Assembly: GCA_028534125.1 (NCBI GenBank)
Contig: CM052818.1
Location: 43,278,001 to 43,342,000 of the forward strand
Reading direction: 5' to 3'
Length of the DNA: 64,000 nt
DNA from: Lama glama
Taxonomy: Eukaryota
In this document: positions 12,991 through 26,469 of the stretch, piece by piece
Position numbering within the stretch: position 1 is the stretch's first letter
Layout of the letters: each line of letters opens with the position of its first letter
Notes under the pieces: model-generated
The model's database searches: none
Told to the model about the DNA's origin: nothing
What the model saw: the letters and a program-made list of their open reading frames with translations, nothing else
Translations under genes and position numbers: made by a program

Positions 12991-15900
12991 AATGGAGGGT
13001 AGGTGACTTTGTGACTGTTATAGGTTTAAAATGTTCTTCCAGCTCTCAACACTCCAGAGATGGCTAAGAAAATTGCTCAACACCAAAAAAGACATTCTCC
13101 TATAGTCAATTCAGATGTGACCAAAGAGAGTAACAAAGAAGGAAAAGTCTCACAAAGATACAGGACTTCGGGTTTGACACTGTGATAGTCTAGGAGAACG
13201 GAGTGCTCACCGTTGTGCGGCAACAGGGAACCTGTTGTTTTTTCTAGAAATGAAGAAACAAAAATGAGCTAAATATGTAGCAACCAAAAAGGTGGAACGT
13301 GAGTTGCCAAATATTTCCAGCTGTTTTTGTTCTACCCATGAAACATGGATAGAATCTCACCTCCTGAAATTTTTACTGCATTTGCATGGGATCATATGTT
13401 TAATTAGAAGGCAAATTAATCACAAATCACTTATGGGACATGTTAATTACATGTGCCAATTACAGGTCAGAGTATTTAAGTGCAAGGTAAGATCATCCGT
13501 CCGTATTTTTACTTTTCTCTTTAGCCCAGCAAGTGTCAACATTCGAAATGGTGATTGCATCTCCACTAGATTTCTAAATAATTACAATGAGCAGAAGCCT
13601 TTTCCTAACCATTTTGGATAAGAATTTACAGGGAGAAAGAAATCTTTGTTGTTTAAAATATAAAGTATTCATCAAGTATCAAGTATGAAGTTTATTACAT
13701 CGCTGGTTTATTTTAGTGAAACATAGCGTAGGCTGACCATTAAGTAAACTTAGCCAGGTTGTCTTGCTTTCCCTGCTGGCTACGGTGAGTCACCCAGGAG
13801 GTCTCTGTTACTTGGGGTGTCTTTCGTCTCCCACAGTTTTTGCTGCAACTTTGAACATCTTGCTGTTTTGCTTCTCCTGTTGCTAATAACCCTCTCTCTT
13901 TCATGATCAGCTATTAGAAATTTCTTTACATTGAGTCTTTCTTACTCTAAATTCAAAGATTCTACTGTTTTAAAGGTTTTCTCTTAATAACCCTCTGACA
14001 AAATTTTCCTCGTCTATAAATAAGGGCAATAAAAGTTTATAATCTAGAGAGTAGTTAGAAGGATTAAATAGTAGATATTAAGAATTTAGACATGCCTGGA
14101 GATGTTGTCATCATCATTTACCACATCACTTCCGGTGTTATTACTATCTCTGCAGTCCTGCGCAGACATGGAAATCTTAGGACAAGTCCCTGCCCTGCAT
14201 TCAGAGCCTTTGGATCACCTAGGCATTATTTCCTAAGCATTTAACTCAGAGACTGTGATCACTCCACCCTTATGTAACCAAGTTTTCATTCTCTCTAGGT
14301 CTTACATTATAAACAAGACACAGACCTTATGTATTGAAGGATACTTCCAAATTTATCTGTAAGTATTCATTCATACGTTTGGCCTCTCTTTGGATTTAAC
14401 TAAGTGAATCAAAGCAGAAAATTTTAATTCTCATAGAGACTCACTATGTCTGAATATTCATCAAGACCACTCTCTCACTCTTCCAACACCCACTTGGAAG
14501 CTAAATTATTTTCTCCTTCGGGTGAGCAAATGGTTTTTGGTGTTATCAGGGATTCTTCACAACTTTATGGTTTGAGAACCATATATAGTCTGAGACTTTC
14601 TGACTTTTATCCCAATAGACATGCTCTGCTTTTTGAATTAAAAATAAACACACCAAATGAAAACAGGATATCAAAAGCACTACCATTTCTGTCAAAGGCT
14701 TAAACTATACATTGAAATTCAAAACTGAAATAGTGAATCAACCTTTTCCTAGGGTGATTAACTGCACTGGTTTAGTGTGTGAGAGACTATGGAAAAGGAG
14801 GGAAAAATGTGAAAATGTAAAACTTTAAAATCTTTAGACTAGATTTGGCTATTTGTGGGAAAATATTTAGTAATCTATATGAACACACTAAATGTGGCAT
14901 TGCTCCTAGGAAAAACTACATGCGGACAAAAGCGTCTGTGTACTACTCTGTCTCTAATGCATGGTGGGTCTACAGCTTCAACACCACACACGCCAGCTAC
15001 AGCCTAAAGCACCTCTGACCACTCATGGATTCCCTTTCCTGTGCTCTCTCCACCCCGCTTCCCCAGACAAGAAAGGAAATCCAGTCCTAAATCTTCAGTG
15101 GCGCTTGCCACATTTTTTATTTGTTCAATGGCTGATTATTCCCTATTCAGCCATGATCAACAATAAACCTCACCTCTGTATTGTCTTCTCACACAGATGC
15201 ATCACTACTCCCTTTTCTAATTATTACTCCTACTTGACCTGTTATTAAAGTTATGTATCTTAAGTCTTGTCATCAGTAAATAGGTACTTGATGGGGATGT
15301 TGAATTTCACTTCCCTGAATACAAGAGGCAATGCTTTGTATATTGGTAGCCCAGAAAATTCCCAAATCCCTGCACAGATATTAAAACTGCTCAAAAATAT
15401 CTGTCATCAGAATTTTCCAAGCAACTCTAGTGAAAGCATCTAGAATACATCATATACTAACAGAAAGCTAGCACCAAGATTTTCTCCTTTTATTTCATCT
15501 TCTCGTTTGCCTCGCAGTGTAACGTGAATATATATTAAAAACACATCAAAAAATTCAAACTTTTGTGACCATCCTTTTGATAAATTACAATCCTCAGATT
15601 ATGGGTTTCCAAATGTCTAGATTCTCTTCAGCCAGGATCTCTATATAAATGGAAGATTTCCATAGATAGCTCCTGTTGCAACTAATGATAGCCACGTAAA
15701 TTAACCCCAAAACTGTTCTGTTGGCACATGTATTATAAGCCTGCATTTCTGATGATAATTCGACCAAATTTTTTCTCCCATAATTGGAAACATGGTGACA
15801 AAACGGCTTTGATAATATAAGTGCCAATTTTTCCCTCCAATAGCTCTGTATAGTTGTAAGATAATAGGAAGGAAGCCTGGGAACAAGCCAGGATGCCAAG

Positions 15901-16221
15901 GTTTCGGTGGCTTTTTGTTTCACAAAAATGAATTGGGTGTCCTTCAATGTACATTAGAAGAATAGCCCAGCTGTTATTTGCATACATTTCAAAAATGGTG
16001 ACAGAAGTTTCAAAAAATTCTAAATTACCTGAGAGTTAAAAACAACCCTGTGAATTGGTGATAACTGGGAAAAAGTTTCTGGTGGCTCATCTCAGGTTTG
16101 AAGCATCCATTCAGCCAAGACGGGAAATGCAGAACTCCTATGGAAGGCACACAAGTTGATGCAAAAGCTGTGTTTTTTTTGCTAATAAACTAAGTGTTGC
16201 TCATAGGAAGGAATGATCTAG

Positions 16222-16293
16222 TTCTTCTTCTTCTTCTTCCTCTCCTTCTTCCTCCTCTTCTTCTTCTTTTATTTTTTTTTATTTTATTTTTTT
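16222..16293 (+). repeat. (TTC)n/(CCT) polypyrimidine microsatellite with T-rich tail
   Basis: ttcttcttcttcttcttcctctccttcttcctcctcttcttcttcttttatttttttttattttatttttt seen directly. Confidence 0.9.
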
Positions 16294-16809
16294 GAGGTAG
16301 ATATTCCAGAAAAGGAGAGCCTTCCCTGTCCATGAACCATCTCCGCTGGTCAGCCTGGTAACAAGAACTCTTATCCAGCAGGTCATGCCTGTGGTTCAAA
16401 ATCCCTGACTCTGGAAATATATTTTTGTGTCTCTCCATTTGAATAGAGAAGGCACCTTTATACAGAATATAAATAGTTTACTTAGAGATCAGTATGAACC
16501 TTTTAGTTCTACACACAGTGAATTAATTCTTCCTAATATCAGCTTCTTTGCATCAACGTTTCAGAGTTCCAGGTTTGGACAAGGGAGTCTGAGTGGAGTA
16601 TCTGGGTCACGTGTTTGTTCCCCACTGAAGGGTTTACTGCAAAAGCAAGAGCAAGGTGTTTCGTCTTCTAAGGGAGGGAGGATCTGTTGCTACCAAAGTT
16701 CAGATTACAGAAAATCCTCTCTGTGTTGGAAGAAGTTCAGATACTCAGCAGCCGCCTTCCTATGCATGACAAACGACAAGTACAGACGTCAAGAAAATAA
16801 GCTGTGAAG

Positions 16810-17005
16810 TTGATCAAGCTTGGATTCAAACCCCAGCTCTGATGCCACTGAAGTGATGTGTCCTCTTTGGACTTCGGCTCTTCAATTAGAAAAATGGGGA
16901 GCAAATCTCCCCTAACTCATGAAAGTATCATTGAGATGAAAAGAATGTGAATAAAGAGCATAACACTACCTGACACACAGTAGATAATAAAAAGTAGTGA
17001 TAAGC
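16810..17005 (+). mobile_element. MIR SINE
   Basis: ttggattcaaaccccagctctgatgccact...aaaaatgggg...cctgacacacagtag. Confidence 0.7.
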
Positions 17006-18449
17006 GCATACAGTGATACACAGGGTTCCACTTTTCTCTTAAGATTCAGGTGGAGGATGTTGGTGCTTGTGACAAACGGCAGCAGGACTCCTGATGGCTG
17101 AGGTGCTGAAAGTTACACTCATCACTTGGGGACTTTCTCCTTAAACTAATTCACCTCCACAAGAATCACACTCAAATGAAACAAAGAGGCTACTCGGCAC
17201 AAGGATGGTGGGAAATGCCTTAAAGTTAAAAATAATTTTATCATTTACCCCAAAGTGCAAGTAGTAGAGCTTGAACTGAGAGAAAAACGAACTCCCCTGG
17301 CTTTGAAATGGTTTGCTTTGTACTTTAGACAACATATTGTAATAACAGACTTATTTCTAAAAGAATTGGAAGGTAAAGGAATTATGAAAATGTTGTTAAG
17401 TCACACTGTGAAAATAGAGATACATTTTCTAAATCCAAAATGGGTTTTATTTTTAATTGATAATTTATTCTTTGATTTTTAGATTAGTTGATAAATTACT
17501 AGAATATTAAAATTTGTCTTCCACAACTTGATAGTCACAAAATGCATTTTATTACAAAGAAATATCTCCTTAAAATGTCACTGTTTTAAAGAACTGGGTC
17601 TGATGTTTACATTAATTATAGCTAAAGTATAAAACTCTGATGAACAGCACTCACTCAGCCTGTAGCCGTTATGACCTTCTCAAAAGGGACTACCATCTAA
17701 CTTTAATTTGAAAGCCAAGAAACTCATCTACATGTTGCTACTTCTCAAATATGTTGCATATGGACACTTGGGGGGGACAAAATGCCGTTATCAGTTATCT
17801 CACTGACAGCAGTCTACATAGATCATTGCCATTATTTTCACCTCCAAAAATATCTACTCTTAAGTTGTGTGCATTTTGCTTTAATTATTTAATAATTTAA
17901 AACATAAAAATATGTCAATTTATATTGGATTCTATTCAGAAAAGTTCGCTTTAAATTGGCAAAAACAAATTTTGACACTATCTTCAAACACTCTATAAAT
18001 TTTGTGATTTCTAAGTCACTATCATTCTGATTATTACAGCTGATTCCTTTTCAGTTGGGAGTTAATTCACTAATTCACTCAATTCACTAATAAATAGATC
18101 CAAAAACTTGCTTTGCTTCATTGTTCTCAGAATCTTTATTTACACTTTCCACATTTGTTTTTTTCTCTGTCTTCTCTACCCATGTACAATACAACTGTAT
18201 TTGTAATTATACCTGTGCAGGTATAGCATACGTATGTATATACCTAAACATACACATCACTAAGTACAAATTTTGTATATAAAATGATACGTACACACAC
18301 AGACACACATCATCATGATCATCTTCATCAACTGGGGCTTGCAAATTGCTCAATAAGTTGTACTTTGGTACCTTAAATGAAACACATCCTCTTGAATGAA
18401 GTTTTGAACCTATTTTCTGCTATTTTTAGTCTCTGTGCTACATACAATG

Positions 18450-18640
18450 CACTTCAGTTCTGTGTTATTTAGATGAGTTTCTTAGCCTCTCATGGATTCA
18501 GTTTGAGCATCTGTAATAAATGAAGTAATATTTATGCCTCCCATGCTTGTGCAATTAAGGCAATTATCCCACATGAACCACTTAGCCCCTTGTTAGCCCC
18601 TTATTTGGAAAATAGCATGTGCTCAATAAATAGTATCAGT
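18450..18640 (+). mobile_element. MIR SINE
   Basis: cttagcctctcatggattcagtttgagcatctgtaa...gtgctcaataaatagta. Confidence 0.65.
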
Positions 18641-18710
18641 CATTTCTAAATTCTAAAATTTCATGAATTTGATGATAATAGATTCTATTCTGATCTCTGG
18701 ACTAATTCTG

Positions 18711-19942
18711 TTTTTTAATTAAAGTATAGTTGATTTATAATATAATATTAGTTTCAGGCATACAACAAAGGGATTTGATATTTTTATAGATTACACACCA
18801 TACAAAGTTATAAAAAATTGCTACAGTCCCTGTGCTGTACTTTACATCCCTGTGACTTACTTGTTTCACAACTGGTAGTTTGTACCTCTAAATCTTCTTC
18901 ATCTACGTTGGCCCTCCCCTTATCCCCTCCCCTATGGCAACCACTAGTTTTCTCTCTGTACCTGTGAGTTTATTTCTGTTTTGTTGTATTTGTTTGTTTT
19001 GTTTTCTAGATTTCACATATAGATGACACCATGCAGTATTTGTCTTTCTATGTCTGACTTACTCCACTCAGCATAATACCCCCAGGTCTGTTTGGGTTGT
19101 CACAAATGGCAAGACTTCATTCTTTCTTATGGCTGAGTTATATATTCCATTACATATATGTAAACATATATATCTTCTTTATCCATTCTTCTGTCGATGG
19201 TCACTTAGGTTGCTTCCGTATCTTGGTTATTGTAAACAATGCTAGGAACATTGGGATGCAGGTATCTTTTTGATTTAGTGTTTTTGTTTTCTTTGGATAC
19301 ATACCCAGAAGTGGAATTGCTGGATTATGTGGCAGTTCTATTTTTACTTTTTTTTTTTTGAGGAAGTTTCATACTGTTCTCCACCGTGGCTGCACCAATT
19401 TACATTCCCACCAACAGCGTACTAGGGTTCCCCTTTCTCCACATCCTGGCCAACAATTGTTATTTCTTGTCTTTGTGATTACTACTCTGACAGGCATGAG
19501 GTGATATCTCCCTGTTGTTTTGATTTGCAATTCCCTGATGATTAGTGATGCTGAGCATCTTTTCGTGTACCTGTTGGCCATATGTATGTCTTCTCTGGAA
19601 AAAATGGCTATTCAGGTCCTCTGCCCAGAAAGGATTTTTTTTTTTTGATATTGAGTTGTATGTTTTTTTATATATTTTAGCTATTAATCCCTTATTGGAC
19701 ATATCACTTATAAACATCTTCTTCCGTTCAGTAGTTGTCTTTTCATTTTGTTGACCTCCTTCACTGTGCAAAAGCTTTTTAGCTGGATTTGGTCCCAGTT
19801 GTTCATTTTTACTTCTGTTTTCCTTGCCTGAGGAGACAGATCTAAAACACATTGCTAAGATGGATGTCGAAGAGCGTACCGCCTACATTTTCTTCTAGGA
19901 CGCTTACAGGCCTTACATTTACATTTCATCCATTTTAAGTTC
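18711..19942 (-). mobile_element. LINE-1 3' part (ORF2 C-terminus plus 3' UTR), L1MA9/laurasiatherian-type, 5'-truncated
   Basis: ORF 19369..19581 ([46 protein letters not shown]) is the L1 ORF2 cysteine-rich C-terminus. 3' UTR and T-run (antisense polyA) near 18711. Reading frame is broken. Confidence 0.95.
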
Positions 19943-20789
19943 TTAATCATATTACCCGCATGGGTACTAGCCTCATAAGAACAGTCTCTTGCCACTACAT
20001 CCACTCAGGCAGTGGCTATCATATTTTTGGATTTTATGAATCATAAATTAAAAAACAAAGGCAGTTATAGATTTTCCATATTTATAATATTTCAGCTAAT
20101 ATATTTTCCACATGCACATATTCAGACTCACACTTCAATCTCTAACGTTCAAAACAGAATCAAGAAGTAAATGACAGTCAATTTAGTTTCTGTCAATGTA
20201 AGCAGCATATGAAGTAGGTATATATAAAATTTTTCATGTGTATAGGTGTCTGGAATTTAACTATTACACATATAAATACAGTGATGGGTTCAGTGCAAAA
20301 CCAATAATGAACATTCTATTATGGACTGCAATGTGCTCAAATAGAATTGGAAAGTATAACAAATTAGTGATGGCTATTATACTACCTAACATGTTCTTCC
20401 ACAGGCAAGATAAGTCAAATTTTATCTAGACAAATGACATTGTAACCCAGATGACAGCAGCCTTGCAGGGCTATGGAAGGGGTGGTACATGGGAGGAACA
20501 CAAATACAGTACGTTTGCTTTTATTTATTTGAATTGAATTTAAAGCTCTAATTAGTAAACCCTATAATGGAAAGTTTAAAAAAATAATAACAGCTAAAAT
20601 TCTAGTAAATTAAAGAAATTGGTTTTTCAATGTGAATATACTGGGAACTGGAAAATAAAGCAATATAGCTTTCTCAGTGAAATAACTGAAAATTATCTGA
20701 AAACACCCTGACACTCCATTAAGAGCTTTTATTTTGAAAAAAGTCAATTAATTCTGTTAAAATAATATTTAAATCACCCTTAAAGGATC

Positions 20790-21020
20790 AAATTCTGGCC
20801 TGACAGCATGAGGAACTCTGCACACTCGCTTCCCACTGAAACTGCTGGAAATTATTTGAAAAGGAAAAAACAATTTAAAGCCTCTGGAAATGGTCCTACA
20901 GTAATACAGCAAATAAAGCAACATCTGTTCAAAGAAACCTACAAAAATGCTGTAAGAAAAGCGGGAGTCTGTGGAATCTGAGCCAGGACTGCATCCTCCT
21001 ATCTTCCTCTTAGCTGATCT
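20790..21020 (+). mobile_element. Old L1 (L1MD/L1M4-like) 5' end fragment
   Basis: aatttaaagcctctggaaatggtcct...gttcaaagaaacctac...gagtctgtggaatctgagcca. Confidence 0.65.
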
Positions 21021-21034
21021 GCTTTTCACCTCTT

Positions 21035-21855
21035 TACATCTGTATGCACTTTCCAGGACTTTATACAAATAAAATCTTACATGATACTCACTTTTGTGAC
21101 TGGCTTCTTTAAGTCAGTATATTAATTTTGAGATACACCCAAGGAAATATCATTAGTCCACTCTTTTTCATCATTGCATAGTATTCCACCAAGGAGATAC
21201 ACCATATTTTGTTTATGTTTGCACAGGGGCAATTAGATTGTTTTTAGCTTTTGGCTACAGTGAACAGAATTCCTATTAACAATTGTGAAAAAAACTTTAT
21301 ATGGGTGTATTTTTTTCATTTGGCTTAGGTAAATTTCTGAGTGAAATGACTAAGACATAAAGTAGGGTTAGGTATACATTCAAATATTTTAATATATATG
21401 AGAAACAGCTATTCTAGAGAGTGTGTATTGCATCCTGGTCTTAACTGGTTTCCTGTGATGACTAATTATGTTGATTTTATGCACTTATTGGCCATTCATA
21501 TCTCTTACAAAGAGTTTGTTAAAATATTTTTCCCATTGGGCTGTTTGTCATGTTATTATTGAGTTGTGAGACTTCTTTTCATATTCACAATACAAATCCT
21601 CTTATACATGTGTTGGAAATATTTTCTCCAAGTCTCTAGTTTGCCTTTTCATTTTTTATGATGACTTTCAAAAAGCAAATTAAAAAAAAAAACTGAAGTT
21701 CAACTTATCATTTTTATTTCAACTCATATTTTTTTGTCCTACAAATATTTTCTACCCTGCAGTGACAATTAGTTTTATTGCACTTTCTTCTTTAAGTCTT
21801 ATAGGGTGTTTTTGTAAAATTTTATATTTGTTACCATGATCATAGGTCTATGAAT
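21035..21855 (-). mobile_element. Old L1 (L1M) 3' ORF2/UTR fragment, antisense
   Basis: cttttgtgactggcttctt...gcacttattggccattcatatctctt...ttattattgagttgtgagacttc...aatattttctccaagtct. Confidence 0.8.
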
Positions 21856-21949
21856 ATAAATGAATATTGAATATAAAATAATAATTGTTGTTACTATTTC
21901 CTGTACTGAGTACCTTAATACCGGTACCAGGTATTGCTAATGTACATCA

Positions 21950-22800
21950 GATGCTAAAGGGACACAGAGAAATTTAGAAGAAACTTAAGTAATCAGACAA
22001 CCTTTTCCTATGAGGTAATATCTAAGCCAAGTAATTAAGGAAAAATGGAATTTAGATAAAGAATAGAATATTGAATATTAGGTATAGTGAACACCAGATG
22101 CAAATGGCAAGAGGAAAGATGATAACTGTTGGAAAAAGTAAGTTTAGCTTGATTGAATTTTAGCATGGAAGGGAGGCCAAGCTGAGAGACAGGTCTGGAA
22201 TGGTTAGGAAGGGCTAGATCATACGAAGTCTTATATCCCACGCTATGGAGGGGAGAATTTATTCTGAGGGCAGTGAGAAATCATTAAAATGTTTTAATCT
22301 AGGAAAGAATCTAATCCATTTTAATTTGGAAGAGAAACACATAGGCTGCCATGAGTCATGGATTTGAGAGAGAACACTAAAGAAGGGGTTCTTCTAAAAA
22401 CTAACGGGAGGAAAGGTGGGAGACTTGAAAGAGGTATTGAGATAATTTTGTGAGATACTGAGGAGATCATTTTGGCTGAGTTTGGTCATGACTCAGTGTG
22501 CTTATTAGGCAAAGGGATGAATAAAGGTTGATGTATAAGTATATGGCTTGAGCAAATGTGTGACTATTTCTCATGTCCACCAATATAGAAAAGAAAGAAC
22601 AAGACACAGATTTGAGAGGGAAAACATCACGATTTTATGTTTGAGACAACAATGAAACGTCTTAATGGAAATGCTGATTAAGTACTTGATAGCATGGATC
22701 AGGAGCACCGGGCAATATGCATAACTGTGTATGTAGATTTAGGAAAACTTCAACATATCAGTGGTGTTTGTTTCAATAAAAGAGCACATGATTATGTGGG
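21950..22800 (-). mobile_element. L2 LINE, antisense
   Basis: ggctagatcatacgaagtcttatatcccacgctatggag...tttattctgagggcagtgagaaatcattaaaatgtttt. Confidence 0.7.
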
Positions 22801-22829
22801 GGAAAGCTGCTAGTATGCCTCTGAGCACA

Positions 22830-23040
22830 AGAGCATCCTGTACTTACATATACTACACTAGTCTGGGATAAGTATTTACTGGTCTGGTCACACCTGCTTT
22901 GCTGACCTGTGGTTGAAAGTCAGAATTCTGTCTCTTTATCTTTATATGCCAAGTCATGAAACATTACAGGTATTGGCTATTCCTTATGGCAAAAATAAAC
23001 AAGCAGTTAATGAAAAGATGAATACATGAATGAATGAGAT
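22830..23040 (+). mobile_element. L2 3' end
   Basis: Ends in gatgaatacatgaatgaatga, the L2 (TGAA)n tail. Confidence 0.55.
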
Positions 23041-23764
23041 GTGGATTTCAAAATGCCCTTCATAGGAGACAGCCTCAAAAGTCCCAGGGCGTCATGTCAT
23101 CAGCATTGTATTTGTCAAGTCGTTAATATCACACCTGTTTATTCTGAGTCCAAAAAATGTATTTCTTAAACATATAGAAAAAAGGAATGGCACTATCTGG
23201 GTGATAGGTATTGCCATGATTGCTGGAAGCAGTTTCCTGGCCTCCTTGGTCACTGCTTCTAGAAGACAAGTATGTTTGGCCATCATTGAACAAGGAACAT
23301 TTTAGTAAGTGATTACTTCAACTAAAAAAAAAAATACTACAATCACTATACCTTTTCTTAATGCTTTTATGATACAATGAAAGGTTCGGGTTAACTTTTT
23401 TAGAATTAAACGTATATGCTAAAAAATAGGTCTGCAAAAAAGGAAACTTCACTCACGGCGTTCTAATTACATGCTCAAGAAAATGACCTAGTACAGTGAG
23501 TATATTATGTTTAGAGGTGAATAAATGTCTGTAAAGTTGATAAATGAAAAATAATTGCATGAATGACATAATTACATAGAAGAGTTGGAGCACACCTGAC
23601 CGGATTTTAACAATCAGAAAGTCCATACCCCAACTTCTAATATTTTATACACAGGAAATAGATACATGAATGCTAAGATTATATAATTTCTAACAACCCT
23701 CTTTCATGTATCCTTCTACTTTTACTACTAATCATGGATAAAATGACCTCCTATGAGTGGTGTG

Positions 23765-24023
23765 CAGTGATTCTTCATCGAGAGCTATCCAAATGTAGTC
23801 TAAGGACCACACCAGGCCTCAAAACTTTGGTTTCCAGTCTGCAATAAGGTGGATACATAACTTCAGAGTAAATGTTAAGAAATTTTTATAGCAATTTTAC
23901 TTTTTTGTAATAACCCAAGTGATAATTTTTTAATTTTTACTGTAGTTTACAGAAGGATTGTTATGAAAAGTATTTGAAATTAAAAGTAAAGTCTATTTCT
24001 TCACCACAATTTGAAAAGCAATG
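23765..24023. mobile_element. hAT-Charlie non-autonomous DNA transposon (MER119-like)
   Basis: Ends cagtgattcttca... and ...tttgaaaagcaatg are Charlie-type TIRs; internal agagtaaatgttaagaaatttttatagcaattt. Confidence 0.55.
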
Positions 24024-24059
24024 TATCAAGTTCACATTTTATAAAGTAAATACACTTAC

Positions 24060-24440
24060 ACCCTTTTACTTAGTGGAACTTGCCTTTATTGTTCTGAAAT
24101 TACTTGTACGCCAATCATTTGCCTTTCTGGTATTTCAATGTTAGTACAACGTGACTTTATTTCCATTCCTTACAATCGATGCATAATATCCCACTGTATA
24201 CATATCTTATAATATACATACAACTCCTCCACTGAATAAACATTTAGATTATTTTCAGAATTTTTGTTTTATCTTGGAATAATGCAATAAAGATCCTTCC
24301 ACATGTATCTTTAAACCACGTATGTGCGCTGCACTTGGGAGAGGTTTGTAGAGGCATAATTACCAGCTCAATATATGTGCATAATTAAAAGTCAGCTATA
24401 TAATGACCAATTTCCTTCCAAAAATGCTTATTAAATTGTC
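24060..24440 (-). mobile_element. Old L1 3' fragment, antisense
   Basis: gcataatatcccactgtatacatatcttataat...aaacatttagattattttcagaatttttg. Confidence 0.55.
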
Positions 24441-24444
24441 TTTC

Positions 24445-24680
24445 TCTTCCAATTCTGCCTGTGACAAACTAGTTTACAGCAGAGTAAATTTCCCACCAGG
24501 AAGAACTAGAAAACAAGATACATTTTAAAATATCTGATTGCACATACTGAGGAGGAACCAAGGCAGCCAGAGAATTCGGGAAGTCATTTCATCTCTCTGA
24601 GGACATCCAGATAGGAAACCTGCTGAGGAGATTCCCACACTGTATAACTGTTTCTCCATTTGAAACATTATCTTATTCAT
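24445..24680 (+). mobile_element. Old L1 (L1ME-like) 5' end fragment
   Basis: cccaccaggaagaactagaaaacaagatacattttaaaatatctgattg...gaaccaaggcagccagaga. Confidence 0.5.
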
Positions 24681-24789
24681 CAACGGAAGAAAGTATAATA
24701 TGTATTTTATTCTTTATCGTAGTGATCATGGTTTTGAGTCAAAGATGAATATGCACCTGTAGCTCATTAGAGAAGGAAACATGATATGA

Positions 24790-24980
24790 ATCCAGAGGCT
24801 TTCACTCATGAGCTCTTGAAGAATTGGTCAACTTCCTTCAAATCTTGGAATCTCATCTTTCTTACTTAAAAAAATGTGGGTAGTAATATCCAACTCACAA
24901 AACTGTTGAGAGGAAATATGAGACATAAAGATTTGAAAGTTCTTAGCCTATGAACAGCGATCACTTGGATGTTAATCTTC
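24790..24980 (+). mobile_element. MIR SINE
   Basis: aaaatgtgggtagtaatatccaactcacaaaactgttgagaggaaatatgag. Confidence 0.6.
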
Positions 24981-26469
24981 TTCCCCTTCAATTTTCTAAT
25001 TTCCCTTGTCTTTGTTCAAAATGATTTTACATCTTCTTTCTCTCTGCAGGGCAGTGATCTGGACATTACTGCTTTATTATTTCAGCTGCTTAGAGAGGAG
25101 ATAAGTTAAATGCCTGCCGGGTTTAGTTGCTTTCTGTACAAGAAGCCTGCTTACTCATTCTTGGTGGGAAGTTGGCTTCCTGGGTCAATAATGGATTCCG
25201 TTCCCCTAGGTTTAGTCAGTTGCCACAGGTCTGAGGCGGTTTGGGCATTGATGCTAGTTGTTCAATTTCGGGCTTTCATGTTCTGATTCTATGTGGTGAG
25301 TTGGCCTGTTTTTTCACTTTGTCATCTGAAATTGTGGATTCGGGGGATATATACACATCTAGGAGGGTTATGAACAAACCTGTTCTCATTTGTGCACAGT
25401 TGCTAATATGTGATAGCCATTTCTCCAGCTCCCATGACTGTGAGAACAGTAGGAAGCTTCAGGGGTCCTTGTAGATTCTCCTAACTATACCCGACCCAGG
25501 AAAGCGTGTTGCCCACCTGTCCTGCAAGTCTACATATTGTGCTGAAACCTCTAGGGAGCCAGTGGTTCCTAGGATCCTGAGGCAGCATGCACCTGTTCCT
25601 AAGGAATCTGAGAGTCCACAGCCAATGCCACTGGTCCACTCCTAGGCAAGTTACTGTCTTTTGTCTTACTAGTTCCATCTTGAAGAAACATGTACATGGT
25701 TGTCCTTTGTGCAGTGCCTTCTTGAAGGGCACTGGGATCAAATTGGCTCAAGAAATTACATTGTTTGCTCCAATTTTTAGTTGCTGCTTTTCCAAAGCTT
25801 GTCACCTTCTTTAATACATACCTTGTGATATTTTGCAGACAGCTGACTGTCTTCTATTCTGAATACTGACTTCATCCCTACCTTATTCCAGAGAATCAAA
25901 ATGTTTACCATTCTGACCTAAGAGGTTTCAATCCAAATTCTCATGCTCAATCAGCAAATTTGAAATAAAAATTCATTTTTCATTTGAAAATGTGCACTAC
26001 ACAGTATGTATAATAACCATGTTTCAGTCACTCTGCTGAATTAGTTAATTTCTGATCTGCTCTAGGGGAAAAAAGTTACCAGGTGGACATGCCACGTTCT
26101 TTTCCAGGACTTTTTCATTTTTACTCTATCATGGCTTATGGTTTCATTATTCATGTTCTCTAGCAAAGCTTCAAAGAAAATTTCTGTTTGTTTTGTTTTG
26201 AAGTGGGGAGAACACTGTGGATGAATGGCATTATAAAGTGCTATGGCAAGGACGGAATTTAGGCAAAGGAAAACAATAATCCCAAATATATCATTTTTTG
26301 AATTCTGAGAAATACTTCCCCAATTGAGATTGGAACTGGAGTACTGAAATCATTTGGAAATATTCTGAGTGAAAATATGAAGAACAGTGCAGTGTGAAAT
26401 ATGTATCTAAGTTAATTTAGCTTTCATTATCATCTGAGACCAAGTTGGCTTAATTTTGAGACACAGGAT

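Noticed and set aside
15594..15987. Coding exon from three overlapping minus-strand ORFs
   Set aside because: No recognisable protein similarity or coherent frame with splice sites; cannot be supported without a homology search.
16293..16310. let-7-like TGAGGTAG (also ~60744)
   Set aside because: Seed-only match with no mature-sequence continuation or hairpin.
16190..16438. Arg-rich protamine-like ORF
   Set aside because: The basic run is just the translated (GAA/GGA)n microsatellite.
19369..19852. Protein-coding genes from ORFs 19369..19581 and 19460..19852
   Set aside because: They are frameshifted LINE-1 ORF2 remnants.
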